NCBI GenBank assembly: GCA_963828255.1
Contig: CAWHDZ010000015.1
Coordinates: 32,001-96,000 of the forward strand
Source of the DNA: an uncultured delta proteobacterium
Lineage (GTDB): Bacteria; Myxococcota; Myxococcia; Myxococcales; Anaeromyxobacteraceae
Direction: 5' to 3'
Length of the DNA: 64,000 bases
Shown here one piece after another: positions 1 through 9,885 of this stretch (position 1 is the first letter of the stretch; every line of letters starts with the position of its first letter). The notes under the pieces were generated by a model, which saw only the letters and a program-made list of their open reading frames with translations, was not told the DNA's origin and made no database searches. The position numbers and the translations under genes are program-made.

Positions 1-51
1 GGCGGCGGGACGTCCGAGATCATGAAGGAGATCATCTCGCGGAGTTTCTAA
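1..51 (+). CDS. C-terminal end of an acyl-CoA dehydrogenase family protein (partial)
   Basis: Frame 1 reads GGGTSEIMKEIISRSF*, matching the acyl-CoA dehydrogenase C-terminal (G)GTSEI motif. Confidence 0.7.
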   Translation, partial: GGGTSEIMKEIISRSF

Positions 52-74
52 GGCGCCGCTTCAGCGGAACCACC

Positions 75-407
75 ATGACCCCCACCCCCTCCACCGTCGT
101 CATCCTCATCACCGCCCCGACCGCCGACGCGGCAGCCTCCATCGCCCGCACCCTGGTCGAGGAAGGGCTCGCCGCCTGCGGCAACGTGATCCCCGTCATC
201 CGCTCCATCTACCGCTGGGAGGGGGAGATCCACGACGACGCCGAGGCCATGCTGGTGCTCAAGACCGAGCGGCGCCTCGTCCCGGCCCTCAAGGAACGCC
301 TGCCGGCCATGCACCCCTACCAGGTCCCCGAGCTGCTCGTGCTCCCGGTGGAGGACGGGCTGGCGCCGTACCTGGCCTGGATCGCATCATCCGTCCGCAG
401 CGGTTGA
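75..407 (+). CDS. cutA: divalent-cation tolerance protein CutA
   Basis: LVEEGLAACGN, SIYRWEG and HPYQVPELL motifs; 110 aa. Confidence 0.93.
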   Translation: MTPTPSTVVILITAPTADAAASIARTLVEEGLAACGNVIPVIRSIYRWEGEIHDDAEAMLVLKTERRLVPALKERLPAMHPYQVPELLVLPVEDGLAPYLAWIASSVRSG

Positions 408-488
408 CCCCAGCAAGGCCCGTTCCCAGCGCCAGGAGAGTCACAACCCGCGAACCCACCCTTCAGTACGAGGGAAGGGGGACACGGG

Positions 489-1091
489 ATGCGCCATCCA
501 GACCACTCTCGAATCACGGGCCTCGTCGCGTCGCTGGCCCTCTTGGTCGCTCCCTGCGCCGGGCTCGGCGCCACCCGGGAGGAGGCTCTCTCACCGCCCA
601 ACGCCGCCCTGAGCCTGCCGGCGCGCCTGGTCGCGGGGCTCGGGCTCGAGGTCGAGGGAAACGTCAAGGACTGGGCCGAGGGTAGCCCTCTCCCGGGCTG
701 CCAGGCCGCCGGCGCATGGGCGCTGCAGGCCAGATCCTGGAGCGGCAGCGTGCGCGTTCACCCGTTTGGCGCGGCGTTCTACCTCGGTGCCGTGATGGGC
801 GCCTACGATCTGACGGCGTCGAGGTCGACCGGCACCGGGAGCCCGGCCGCGACCCTTCACGTCTCGGGCCTGTACCTGGGGCCGCAGATCGGCTGGAAGT
901 GGGCCTGGGACTTCGGCCTCTTCGTGGGGATGAACTTTGGCTACGGCTTCCCGGTTGGCTACCAGTCGGCGCTCGTGCAGCCGGACGACGGAGGGAGCTC
1001 CGGACTCGACGGCGCGAAGAGGGACGCCGACAGGAACCTCGGGCCGGGCGTGCCGGTGGCGACGCTGCTCGAGCTGGGGTGGCGGTTCTAG
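489..1091 (+). CDS. secreted/outer-membrane beta-barrel-like hypothetical protein
   Basis: Signal-peptide-like N-terminus, GPQIGWKW strand, C-terminal LELGWRF beta-signal. Confidence 0.6.
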   Translation: MRHPDHSRITGLVASLALLVAPCAGLGATREEALSPPNAALSLPARLVAGLGLEVEGNVKDWAEGSPLPGCQAAGAWALQARSWSGSVRVHPFGAAFYLGAVMGAYDLTASRSTGTGSPAATLHVSGLYLGPQIGWKWAWDFGLFVGMNFGYGFPVGYQSALVQPDDGGSSGLDGAKRDADRNLGPGVPVATLLELGWRF

Positions 1092-1108
1092 AGACCTGTG
1101 GAATCCCC

Positions 1109-1450
1109 CTACTTCTTCCGGAAGAGCGCTTCGAGCGCGTCGCGCGGATTCTCCACCGGCTTCGGGGCCTCTCCGAAGAGCGCGCCCAGCCGGTCGCGCG
1201 CCGCCTGCGACGACACCCGCCGCCGCGAGGCGCCGTCGCCCAGCCGGAACAGGTCGCAGGCGTTGGAGGCGATCTTGTCGATGTAGTGGTCGGCGTGGGG
1301 CTCGCGGCACTCGTGGGGCGCCGACTGCTCGTAGAACTTGCAGTTGATGCAGCAGTGCAGGTCCGCGTCGCACCTCGGGCAGGCGCTGCGCCGCCCGATG
1401 GGGCCGTCGAGGTCGAGGGTCTCCCCGCAGCCGAGGCAGGAGGTGGCCAC
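1109..1450 (-). CDS. Cys-rich (Zn-binding) hypothetical protein
   Basis: CLGC, CPRC, CCINC and C..C motifs; GTG start just after the likely stop of the HD-GYP gene. Confidence 0.75.
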   Translation of the reverse strand: MATSCLGCGETLDLDGPIGRRSACPRCDADLHCCINCKFYEQSAPHECREPHADHYIDKIASNACDLFRLGDGASRRRVSSQAARDRLGALFGEAPKPVENPRDALEALFRKK

Positions 1451-1455
1451 GCCGG

Positions 1456-2585
1456 TCAGGCCTGGGCGAGGGGGAGGAGCCCGGCCGTCGTCCCGGGGGA
1501 CGCTCGGCCATCTCGGTGGAGAGGATGGCGTACTGCTCCACGTCGATGCTGATGCGGCGCCACTCCTCCTCGGAGATGTCGAGGAAGGCGTCCACGACCT
1601 TGGGGTCGAACTGCGCGCCCCGGCACCGGGTGATCTCGGAGCGGGCCTCTGCGTAGCCGCGCGCCTTGCGGTAGGGGCGGTCGCTGGTGATGGCGTCGTA
1701 GGCGTCCACCACGTGGAACACCCGGGCGCCCACGAGGATGCCGTCGCCCTTCAGCCCGGCCGGGTAGCCGGTGCCGTCGAACTTCTCCTGGTGCTGCAGC
1801 ACGATCACCGAGGCGGACTTGAGGTACTCGACCCGGCGGAGCAGCTCCCACCCGAGCTCGGGGTGGCGCTTCATCTCCTTCCACTCGCTGGCGTCGAGCG
1901 GGCCGGGCTTGAGCAGCACCCGGTCTCGGATGCCGATCTTGCCGATGTCGTGGAGCAGCGCGCCGTGCTCGATGATGGTCAGGTCGGGCTCGGCCACGCC
2001 GAGCTGGAGCGCCAGCCGCCGCGAGTAGAGGGAGACGCGGCGGGAGTGCCACTGGGTCTCGGCGTCGCGGTAGTCGAGGGCGGCGATGAGCCCGCCGAGG
2101 AGCGCCTCGGTGCGCTCGCGCACCCGCTCCTCGAGCCGGAGGTTCAGCTCCCGGAGCTTGTCGTTCTGCTGCTGGACCTGGATGTTGAGCCGCTCGTTCT
2201 CGCGGCGCAGCCGGGAGGCGTCGGCGGCCTGGGCCACCGTGGTCACCACCTCCTGGTTGTGCCAGGGCTTGGAGATGATCCGGTAGACCTCGCCCGAGTT
2301 CACCGCGTCGAGCGCGATGCGGAAGTCCTCGGCGGCGGTGCAGAGGACGCGGGCGGCGGTCGGCACCCTCTCCCGCGCCTTCTGGAGGAAGGAGATGCCG
2401 TCCATGCCCGGCATCATGTAGTCGGAGATGATGACGGTGGGCCGGTCGGCCTCGAGCCTGGCCAGCGCCTCCTCGGGCGTCGCGTAGGTGCGCACGTCGA
2501 ACCCGGCGCTCTCGAGGATGCGCTTCAGGTTCCGGAGGATGAGGGCGTCGTCGTCGATCACGACGACGCGGTCGGGGCTGGTCAC
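1456..2585 (-). CDS. response regulator with HD-GYP c-di-GMP phosphodiesterase domain (frameshift near 3' end)
   Basis: REC domain (VVIDDD, SDYMMPGMDG, KPW) plus HDIGKIG, HQEKFDGTGYP, DRPYR. One added base near 1492-1499 gives ...ERPPGTTAGLLPLAQA* ending at 1456. Confidence 0.85.
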
Positions 2586-2684
2586 CGGGATACGGTACCT
2601 CCGGGGGAAGAGGATAACCCGTGGATCATATCCCCTGGGCAGCCGGAAGCCAGCCCGCGCTCAGGGTGCCCCCTCCGGGACGGG

Positions 2685-4097
2685 TCAGAAGCTGTTCAGG
2701 AAGTCGTCGTTGGTCTCGAACTCGGTGAGCTTCTTGAGGAGCCGCTCCATGGCCTCGACCGCCTTCAGCGACGCCAGCGCGCCGCGGAGCTTGCGGATCT
2801 TCTCGATCTGCTTGCCGGAGAAGAGCTTCTCCTCCTTGCGGGTGCCCGAGGCGCCGATATCGATGGCCGGGAAGATGCGCCGCTCGGCGAGTTGCCGGGA
2901 GAGCACGACCTCCATGTTGCCGGTGCCCTTGAACTCCTCGAAGATCACCTCGTCCATCCGGCTGCCGGTGTCGATGAGGGCCGTCGCGATGATGGTGAGC
3001 GAGCCGCCCTCCTCGGCCTTGCGGGCCGCGCCGAAGAGCCGCTTGGGGCGCTCGAGCGCCCGGCTGTCGACGCCGCCGGTGAGCGTGCGCCCCGACGACT
3101 CGATCTCCCGGTTGTAGGCGCGGGCGAGCCGCGTGATCGAGTCGAGCAGGATGACGACGTCCTTCCCGCCCTCCACGAGCCGCTTGGCCCTCTCCATGGA
3201 CATCTCGGCGGCGTGGATGTGCTCCTCGGCCGGCCGGTCGTTGGACGAGCCGCAGACCTCGCCCTTCACGTTCCGGCGCATGTCGGTGAGCTCCTCGGGA
3301 CGCTCGTCCACGAGGAGGACGATGAGGTGCACGTCGGGCCGGTTGGCGTGGATCGCCTGGGCGATCCGCTGCAGCATGATGGTCTTGCCGGCCTTGGGCG
3401 GCGAGGTGATGAGGGCGCGGGCCCCCAGGCCGATGGGGGAGACCAGGTCGAGGACGCGCCCCACGAGCTCGTCGGGGCGGGTCTCCATGACCAGCTTCTC
3501 GGTGGGGTCGGTGGCGGTGAGGTTCGTGAAGGCGGTCCGGCGGACCACGGCGAGCGGGTCGGTCCCCTCGACCAGGTCCACCTTCTGCAGCACCCGCTTC
3601 ATTCCGCGGACCGCCGCCTGCCCCTTCACGAGGTGACCGGGCAGGAGGTGGGTGCGGTCGATGAGCCAGCGCGGAACCTCGACGTCGAAGCTCTGGGCGA
3701 CGTAGGACTTCCTGGGGTCGCGGAGCCAGCCCTGACCCTTGCCCTCGAAGTCGAGGACTCCCTCGACCTCCTCGGTGACCTCCGGCTGCCCCTGGGGCTG
3801 GGGAGGGGGGGCGGCGGCGGGGCCGTTCCCGGAGCCCTGGGGGGCGAAGTTGCCGCCCTGGGGCGGCGGCTGGCCGGCAGGACCGGGCTGGCCTGGCTGG
3901 CCACCCCGACCGCGGCGGCCGCGGCGTCGTCTCCGGCGCTTCCCCTGTCCGGGGGGGCCGGGCTGGCCGGACTGGCCTGGTGCGCCGTTGCCAGGCTCGC
4001 CCTGGAAGGCGGGCTGCTGGTCGTTCTGGGCTGCTTGCGGAGGCGGGGCGCTGGGTGCGTCGCCGCCCTGGGTCGGGGTCTCTTCGTTGTCCATCAT
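2685..4097 (-). CDS. rho: transcription termination factor Rho with low-complexity N-terminus
   Basis: SPPKAGKT Walker A, DERPEE, LLDSITRLARAYN, EEFKGTGNME, SGTRKEE. Confidence 0.95.
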   Translation of the reverse strand: MMDNEETPTQGGDAPSAPPPQAAQNDQQPAFQGEPGNGAPGQSGQPGPPGQGKRRRRRRGRRGRGGQPGQPGPAGQPPPQGGNFAPQGSGNGPAAAPPPQPQGQPEVTEEVEGVLDFEGKGQGWLRDPRKSYVAQSFDVEVPRWLIDRTHLLPGHLVKGQAAVRGMKRVLQKVDLVEGTDPLAVVRRTAFTNLTATDPTEKLVMETRPDELVGRVLDLVSPIGLGARALITSPPKAGKTIMLQRIAQAIHANRPDVHLIVLLVDERPEELTDMRRNVKGEVCGSSNDRPAEEHIHAAEMSMERAKRLVEGGKDVVILLDSITRLARAYNREIESSGRTLTGGVDSRALERPKRLFGAARKAEEGGSLTIIATALIDTGSRMDEVIFEEFKGTGNMEVVLSRQLAERRIFPAIDIGASGTRKEEKLFSGKQIEKIRKLRGALASLKAVEAMERLLKKLTEFETNDDFLNSF

Positions 4098-4359
4098 GTG
4101 GTCCCTGCGCGGCCGCGGGTTCGATGCACCGCGGGCGTCCTTCAGCCACTATCCGGGCTACCGGCTGCGGCCCGCTCACCCACGCGCCGGACCCTTTGTC
4201 CGACGACCAGCGGGGAGCTGACCGGGTTTCCACCTCGCCGCGCCAATGCGCAAATACGAGGAGGACGGGACCAGTACTAACAGAATCCCATCTCGAGCGA
4301 AAGCAAAAGCGCCGGGTGGCCTCTGACCCACCGGTTGGGCGCCCCGTTCACCACGCACC

Positions 4360-5178
4360 TCAGTCCTCGTTCCCCGCGTCCTCGACCTCCCGGATGTCCT
4401 TCTCCGAGAGCGGGACGGCCGACCCGTGCGCGTGCTGCTCGAGGATCTCGAAGAGCTGCTCCTTGTGCGGCCGGACCTTGCCGATGGGGCAGCGCTTCCA
4501 CTCGTCGAGCGGCTCGTCGCAGTAGCCCATGCGCCGGTCGCCGCACTTTGGCTGGAGCTGGCCGCCCAGCTCGGGCACCGCCTTCACCACCTCGCGCCGC
4601 ATGAGCGCCACCATGTGGCGGATCTCCCACTGGGCGCGCCAGCAGAGGCGCAGGTCGGCGATGTGGAGGAGCTCGGTGAAGTTCACCATCACCTGGAAGT
4701 TGGTGGGGGCGGCGTTGGGGAGGACGAAGCGGGCGTCCTCGGCCGGGATCCCCTTCTCGAGGGCCTGGAAGTAGACCCGCGTCACCTCGGCCATGAGCCG
4801 GTCGTACTCGGCGCCGAGGCCCGCCTTGTCCCAGGTCCTCGGACGCACGTACTCGAGCCGCTCCTCCTTGAACTTCACGTAGCGTTGCGACTGCTGCTCG
4901 AAGCTGATGCCGATGCGGTGGCGGACGAACTGGTGTGAGAGCGAGCGGGACACGCCGCTGATGCCGAACCAGAAGACCACCTGCTCGAGGGGCGAGGCGT
5001 GGCCGGTCTTGAGCCGCTCGGTGATGAAGGCGCGGATCTTCTCCGGGGGGATGGTGCCGTCGCGGATCTCGCTCCAGACCTCGCCCGGCGTCTTGGGGCT
5101 GTAGCAGGTGCGGTAGGCCCCGTAGAGCTTCTGGAGCGGGTCGCGGGCCCAGTCGATGAGGATCACCTCGAGTGGCAT
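4360..5178 (-). CDS. thyX: FAD-dependent thymidylate synthase
   Basis: GHASPLE, RHRxxxSFEQQSQRY ThyX motif, EDARFVLP, AQWEIR; ATG at 5178. Confidence 0.93.
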   Translation of the reverse strand: MPLEVILIDWARDPLQKLYGAYRTCYSPKTPGEVWSEIRDGTIPPEKIRAFITERLKTGHASPLEQVVFWFGISGVSRSLSHQFVRHRIGISFEQQSQRYVKFKEERLEYVRPRTWDKAGLGAEYDRLMAEVTRVYFQALEKGIPAEDARFVLPNAAPTNFQVMVNFTELLHIADLRLCWRAQWEIRHMVALMRREVVKAVPELGGQLQPKCGDRRMGYCDEPLDEWKRCPIGKVRPHKEQLFEILEQHAHGSAVPLSEKDIREVEDAGNED

Positions 5179-5274
5179 GCGCTCCGATAGCATCCCGGAC
5201 TGACGCTCACGGAAGGGCCCCCCCCGGTTCGAGGGGCTCCCTCGCGGACCGCCATCCCTGTATGGGTATGGGCC

Positions 5275-6012
5275 ATGCGCCAGCCATCCGTCCCCCTCGC
5301 CCATTCCCACGAGCCCGTAGGGTCGTCCCACTCGCGCGGGCCGGCGGTGGAGCCGGCCGGGTTCGTGGACGACATCGAGCGGGAACTCCTGCGGACACTG
5401 GCGCGCCTGGGCGAGCTGGCCCGGGCGGCGATGGGTCCCGGCGTCCCCGTCACCGACCTCCTGGCTGCCGCGCTCCGGGACGAGATCGAGACCGCCGAGA
5501 TCGCGGCCCTCTGGCTCACCGACGAGCCGGACCTCGACCTGCGGCTCGGCTTCGCCAGGCAGGTGGGGGACGAGGCCAGGCATTTCGAGTTGATCGCGGC
5601 GCGCATCCGTGAGCTGGGAGCCGATCCGACGGCCGACCCTCGGACCCGCGCCCACAGCCCCGCCTTCCGGTACCTCCGGGGGCTCCAGACCCCGGCAGAG
5701 CGGCTCGCCGCCGGGCTCGTCCGGGAGGCGGTGGCACGGCTGAAGAACGCGCTGCTCGCCCAGGTCTGCGAGGCGCGGGGGGACGTCGACACCGCCAGGC
5801 TCTGCCGCGACCACGTGGGGCCGGACGAGGTGCGGCACCTCGACTTCTGCCGGAAGGAGCTCCCCCGCTACGCGCTGACCCTGGCCGACCAGGAGGCGGC
5901 GCGGCGCGCGGTCGCCCGCACCCTGCAACTCGCCGAGGACGCGACCGACCCGTCCCGAACCGCCAAGGCGACCTCGGTGCCCCCGGGCGATCCATCCCCC
6001 GGTGGACGGTAG
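5275..6012 (+). CDS. ferritin-like (diiron four-helix bundle) protein
   Basis: E..DEARH and E..DEVRH paired ExxH motifs. Confidence 0.7.
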   Translation: MRQPSVPLAHSHEPVGSSHSRGPAVEPAGFVDDIERELLRTLARLGELARAAMGPGVPVTDLLAAALRDEIETAEIAALWLTDEPDLDLRLGFARQVGDEARHFELIAARIRELGADPTADPRTRAHSPAFRYLRGLQTPAERLAAGLVREAVARLKNALLAQVCEARGDVDTARLCRDHVGPDEVRHLDFCRKELPRYALTLADQEAARRAVARTLQLAEDATDPSRTAKATSVPPGDPSPGGR

Positions 6013-6023
6013 AGGAGGCGACC

Positions 6024-6545
6024 ATGGTTCGCGTCTACGAGAAAGCCCCCGACTTCACCGCGCCGACCGCGTCCGGGAAGGGCGAGATCGGCGAGGTGAC
6101 CCTGTCCGCGCTGCGCGGCGGGTGGGTGGTGCTGTTCTTCTACCCGCTCGACTTCACCACCGTGTGCCCCACCGAGATCCAGGAGTTCTCGAAGCGCTCC
6201 CGCGAATTCCAGGCGCTGGGGGCCAAGGTGCTGGGCTGCTCCATCGACTCGGTCCACGCGCACAAGGCCTGGATCGAGCACGGGCTCGGCGAGGTCGCCA
6301 TCCCGCTCGTCTCCGACGTCACCCGGCGCATCGCCCGCGACTACGGGGCGCTGCTCGAGGACCGGGGGATCGCCACCCGCGCCACCTTCGTCATCGACCC
6401 GGAGGGAGTGGTGCAGTACGCCTGCTTCCACAACACGGCCGTCGGCCGGTCGGTGTCGGAGACGCTGCGCGTGCTCGAGGCGCTGCGGACCGGGGAGAAG
6501 TGCCCGGTGGACTGGCGGCCCGGCGCGGGGACGCTGGGCCGCTGA
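6024..6545 (+). CDS. 2-Cys peroxiredoxin (AhpC/TSA)
   Basis: FFYPLDFTTVCPTE, RATFVIDP, CPVDW; RBS GGAGG. Confidence 0.93.
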   Translation: MVRVYEKAPDFTAPTASGKGEIGEVTLSALRGGWVVLFFYPLDFTTVCPTEIQEFSKRSREFQALGAKVLGCSIDSVHAHKAWIEHGLGEVAIPLVSDVTRRIARDYGALLEDRGIATRATFVIDPEGVVQYACFHNTAVGRSVSETLRVLEALRTGEKCPVDWRPGAGTLGR

Positions 6546-6611
6546 CTCCACGTACGAATCCAGCCGCAGCGGACCCGAGGGGTCCGCCGGGGAAGCGCCT
6601 CTGTCCTCCGC

Positions 6612-6821
6612 CTACCGTCCGGCCAGCAGCGAGGCGGGCGGCACGCCGAGCGCCTTGGCCATCTTCTCGATGGTCTCGAGCGGCGGCGAGCGCTGTCCGC
6701 GCTCGAGCATGGAGACGTAGGAGACGGAGATCCCCACCTTGTCGGCGAGGGCCTTCTGGGAGAACTTCTTCTTCTCGCGCAGCCGGCGGACGTTGGTCGC
6801 GAAGCGAGTCAGCAGGTCCAT
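6612..6821 (-). CDS. XRE-family helix-turn-helix regulator
   Basis: RRLREKKKFSQKALADKVGISVSYVSMLERGQRSP. Confidence 0.9.
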   Translation of the reverse strand: MDLLTRFATNVRRLREKKKFSQKALADKVGISVSYVSMLERGQRSPPLETIEKMAKALGVPPASLLAGR

Positions 6822-6876
6822 AGACTCTACGTGTATCAACTGACGGGAGAAGTGACAGGTTCCTTTTGGGGCTCCG

Positions 6877-8421
6877 TCACCCCTCCGGGGCACACGCCAC
6901 GACCACCATCCACTCGTAGACCTCGTCCGGGTTCCGGTCGCGCCAGGCCCTCCAGGCCCGGGACTCCGGAAGGTAGCCGGGGATCCGCCTCCAGCGGGCC
7001 AGATTCACCAGCCGTTCCTTTACGTTGGGTGATAGGCGACCCACCTGGGATTCGGAGGCGATGAGCGCGCCCCCGCCCAGGAGCGCCCTCTCGGCCTCCG
7101 CCGCGTCCCAGGCTCGCCGGACAGGACGCCCGGCCGCCAGGGTGAACAGGCCAGGGGTCGTGTCGTAGACCCAGAGCGGCCGCCCGGCCGTCGAGGGGAC
7201 CGCCTCGCGGGGCAGGGCCGGGGGGTTCACCCCGGGGACGACCAGCCCCACCACCAGCGCGAAGGCCACCCCGGTCGCCGCGGCCGCGGGGGCGATCCGG
7301 TCGCGGAATGCCAGAAGCGAGGCGGCGCCGAAGGCGAACGCTGCGCCAGCCAGCGAGATCAAGGGGACGGGGGGAACCGGGAAGCGCAGCGAGAGGGCCC
7401 CGGCGACGGCGAGGAGCGCGAGGGTGGCGCCGGTGGCGAGGCGGGCCCATCGCGGCGTGGGGGCGCGTGCGACGAGGAGCATGGCGGCGGGGATGGCGGT
7501 GAGCCCGTAGTGCGGCCACTTGAGGGACGGCACCGTGAAGGTGACGAGCACCGCGGCCATCCAGGCGAGCGGGAGCAGCACGCCCGGTTCCCGCCAGGAG
7601 GGGAGCGCGCGGAGGCTGCCCAGCAGCAGGAAGGTCCAGGGGAGCGTGAAGACCAGGAAGCCGACGAGCAGCGTGGCCTCCCCCCGCAGCGTCCAGGGAT
7701 GCATGAACCGGTCGTAGTTCTGGGAGACGACGAAGAAGTCGTAGAAGGCCTGGCCGTGGACCGCGAAGGAGGCCACGTACCAGGGCAGCCCGATGGCGGC
7801 TCCGAGGAGGAAGGCGCCCGCCGTCCAGCGGGAGAGGAGCAACTGGCGGTTGCGGACGAGGAGGAAGCCGCCGGAGAGGAGGAGCACCAGCACCGCGCCC
7901 ACCGGCCCCTTGATGAGGAAGTCCATCGCGGCGGCCGCGCCCACCGCGAGCAGCCAGGGCGGATCGTCCTCCTCCGAGGCGCGCCAGGTGGCGTAGGCGG
8001 CCAGCGCGAGCCCCAGGGCCATGGGGGCGTCCATCATGGCGAGCCGTGCGTACTTCACCCAGCCGAAGGCCGTGGCGGTGAGGATGGCCGCGGTCATGCC
8101 GGCGTCCTCGCCGTACATGCGCCGGCCCAGCGCCAGGACCAGGAGGATCACGGCGATCCAGGCCAGCACCGAGGGAAGACGCGCGGCGAAGAGGTTCGTG
8201 CCGAGGGCGGAGTAGGCGGCCCGCTCCGACCAGTAGAAGAGCGGGGGCTTGTACCAGTTGGGGACGTCGTCGAGCGTGGGCGTGAACCACTCGCCCTTGG
8301 CCTGCATCTCCGCGCTCGTTCCCAGGTGCCAGGCCTCGTCGGGATGGGTGCCGGACGCGGAGTTGCCGAGCGCGGGCAGGTAGAGGACGAGCAGCAGTGC
8401 GAGCAGGGCGGCGCGGCGCAT
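6877..8421 (-). CDS. ArnT/PMT-family (GT39/GT83-like) membrane glycosyltransferase
   Basis: HPDEAWH, YKPPLFYW, ARLPS, KGPVG and many TM helices. Confidence 0.85.
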   Translation of the reverse strand: MRRAALLALLLVLYLPALGNSASGTHPDEAWHLGTSAEMQAKGEWFTPTLDDVPNWYKPPLFYWSERAAYSALGTNLFAARLPSVLAWIAVILLVLALGRRMYGEDAGMTAAILTATAFGWVKYARLAMMDAPMALGLALAAYATWRASEEDDPPWLLAVGAAAAMDFLIKGPVGAVLVLLLSGGFLLVRNRQLLLSRWTAGAFLLGAAIGLPWYVASFAVHGQAFYDFFVVSQNYDRFMHPWTLRGEATLLVGFLVFTLPWTFLLLGSLRALPSWREPGVLLPLAWMAAVLVTFTVPSLKWPHYGLTAIPAAMLLVARAPTPRWARLATGATLALLAVAGALSLRFPVPPVPLISLAGAAFAFGAASLLAFRDRIAPAAAATGVAFALVVGLVVPGVNPPALPREAVPSTAGRPLWVYDTTPGLFTLAAGRPVRRAWDAAEAERALLGGGALIASESQVGRLSPNVKERLVNLARWRRIPGYLPESRAWRAWRDRNPDEVYEWMVVVACAPEG

Positions 8422-8581
8422 GGACGGGGGAAGCATAGTCGAGCCGGGGTGGGAGGGGGCGCGGAGCGGGCGCAGCCATCCGCGGGGCGGACCGCGGGGC
8501 GGCGCGGCGGACCGGCGTGCCCGCGAAGGCGTCGCGAGGACGGGAGCGGCGGGCGGCAGGGGACGTGCACCGGGCGTGTCC

Positions 8582-9100
8582 ATGCGGATCGCGCCGAACG
8601 AGGGGAGGGCGGTTCCGGCCGGCCGGGCCGGACCGGTGGAGCGGGGCGGTTTCCCGGAGGCGCTCGGCCGGGCCGGAGAGGCCGTGGGGGCAGGGGAGGC
8701 GGCCCTCGACGCCCTGCTCGCCGAGCTGGTTCCGCCCGGGCCCGGCGAGCTGCCGTCCCGGGGGTTGGGCGGGCCCCTGCTGGCCCGGGCCGTCGAGCGC
8801 ATCGTACTCGTCGTCAAGTCAGGCGCCGCACCCTCGGTGACGGTCCAGCTCGGGCGCAGCCTCGACGTCCGGATCGACCAGGCCCGAGCCGGGGTGGAGG
8901 TGACGATCCGGGCCGTCCACGGCCTCTCCCCGCTCGCCGAGGCGGAGCTTCCCGGGCTCGTGGCGGCGCTGCGGGCGCGCGGCGTGCGGGTGGCGCGCGC
9001 AGGCGTGCTGGCGCGGGGCGGCCGGGGGCGCCGGTCGTTGACGCCGCGCCGGTCGTCCGCTACAACGGCCGCCGACGACGGCTCCGTCGCCAAGTGGTAA
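8582..9100 (+). CDS. hypothetical protein with FliK C-terminal-like domain; 3' end uncertain
   Basis: LDVRIDQARAGVEVTIRA...LPGLVAALRARGVRV. As assembled the ORF runs into the tRNA; the true stop is probably TGA near 9039-9041. Confidence 0.45.
   Translation: MRIAPNEGRAVPAGRAGPVERGGFPEALGRAGEAVGAGEAALDALLAELVPPGPGELPSRGLGGPLLARAVERIVLVVKSGAAPSVTVQLGRSLDVRIDQARAGVEVTIRAVHGLSPLAEAELPGLVAALRARGVRVARAGVLARGGRGRRSLTPRRSSATTAADDGSVAKW
9038..9066 (+). promoter_or_regulatory. sigma70-type promoter of tRNA-Cys
   Basis: TTGACG-17 bp-TACAAC, 13 bp upstream of the tRNA. Confidence 0.7.
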
Positions 9101-9154
9101 GGCAAGGGTCTGCAAAACCCTTATTCCCCGGTTCGAATCCGGGCGGAGCCTCCA
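9080..9154 (+). tRNA. tRNA-Cys(GCA)
   Basis: GGCTCCG/CGGAGCC acceptor stem, AGGGT-CTGCAAA-ACCCT anticodon arm, GGTTCGAATCC, 3' CCA. Confidence 0.96.
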
Positions 9155-9160
9155 ACCAGA

Positions 9161-9442
9161 TCAGGACGGGAGGACGGCCTTCGGCGGCGCGTCCTTCGCC
9201 TCGCTCCGGGGCTCGCCGGCCCTCTGCCGTGTGGCGGCGGTTTCCACCTGCCGGGCCAGCTGCGCGAAGTACAGCAGCCGGTGGTCGTCGCGCAGCGCGG
9301 CGTCGGCGAGCTCGGCGATGGACCGCATGGCCCGAAGGAGCTGCTCGACCCGCACGGCATCCGTGGCCGGGTTCGACGACAGCTGCTCGATCGCCGGGGA
9401 CTTCTGCTTGCGCTTCCCCGGCGGGCTTCCGTTTCTCTTCAA
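9161..9442 (-). CDS. hypothetical protein
   Basis: 93-aa ORF with helical composition, TTG start, no recognised motif. Confidence 0.45.
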   Translation of the reverse strand: MKRNGSPPGKRKQKSPAIEQLSSNPATDAVRVEQLLRAMRSIAELADAALRDDHRLLYFAQLARQVETAATRQRAGEPRSEAKDAPPKAVLPS

Positions 9443-9457
9443 GGCACCCTCGCTTCT

Positions 9458-9607
9458 CTAGAAAAGGGCGAAGAGGACGGTCCCGGTGGCGGCCAGCAGG
9501 ACGCTCGCGGCCACGGCCGCGAGCCTCGACCTGCCGGGCCGGTGGCCGCACGACTCGCATCGGCCGCCCAGGAAGGGGAAGGTCAGTCCGCAGATCGAGC
9601 AGAGCAT
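9458..9607 (-). CDS. small Zn-ribbon membrane protein
   Basis: MLCSICG...RCESCG followed by a C-terminal TM helix. Confidence 0.5.
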   Translation of the reverse strand: MLCSICGLTFPFLGGRCESCGHRPGRSRLAAVAASVLLAATGTVLFALF

Positions 9608-9885
9608 GGGGCCGACGGGTCCTCCGTCCCGGGGAAGTCTTTCGACGTTATTCACTTTCCGTGAACGACGATCGATCACGGGGTCCTGCCAGTCGAGAAT
9701 CCAAAACGGGACGCGGAGGGTCAAGTACGGCGCACGCGTGACATGTCCCGTGAGGTGGAGACGCCGTAGGCCTGCGCGCCGCCTGACCCACCCCGGGAGG
9801 GGTGCGACCGATCTTGCCCTTTTCGGGGCGTGCGGTGAAGGTATCCGCCGCTCCCGTCACGAAGGGAACGGGAGGGCAGGTGACC

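Noticed and set aside
591..1455. 300-aa C-terminal extension of the HD-GYP ORF in the track
   Set aside because: Low-complexity read-through caused by a frameshift; it overlaps two better genes
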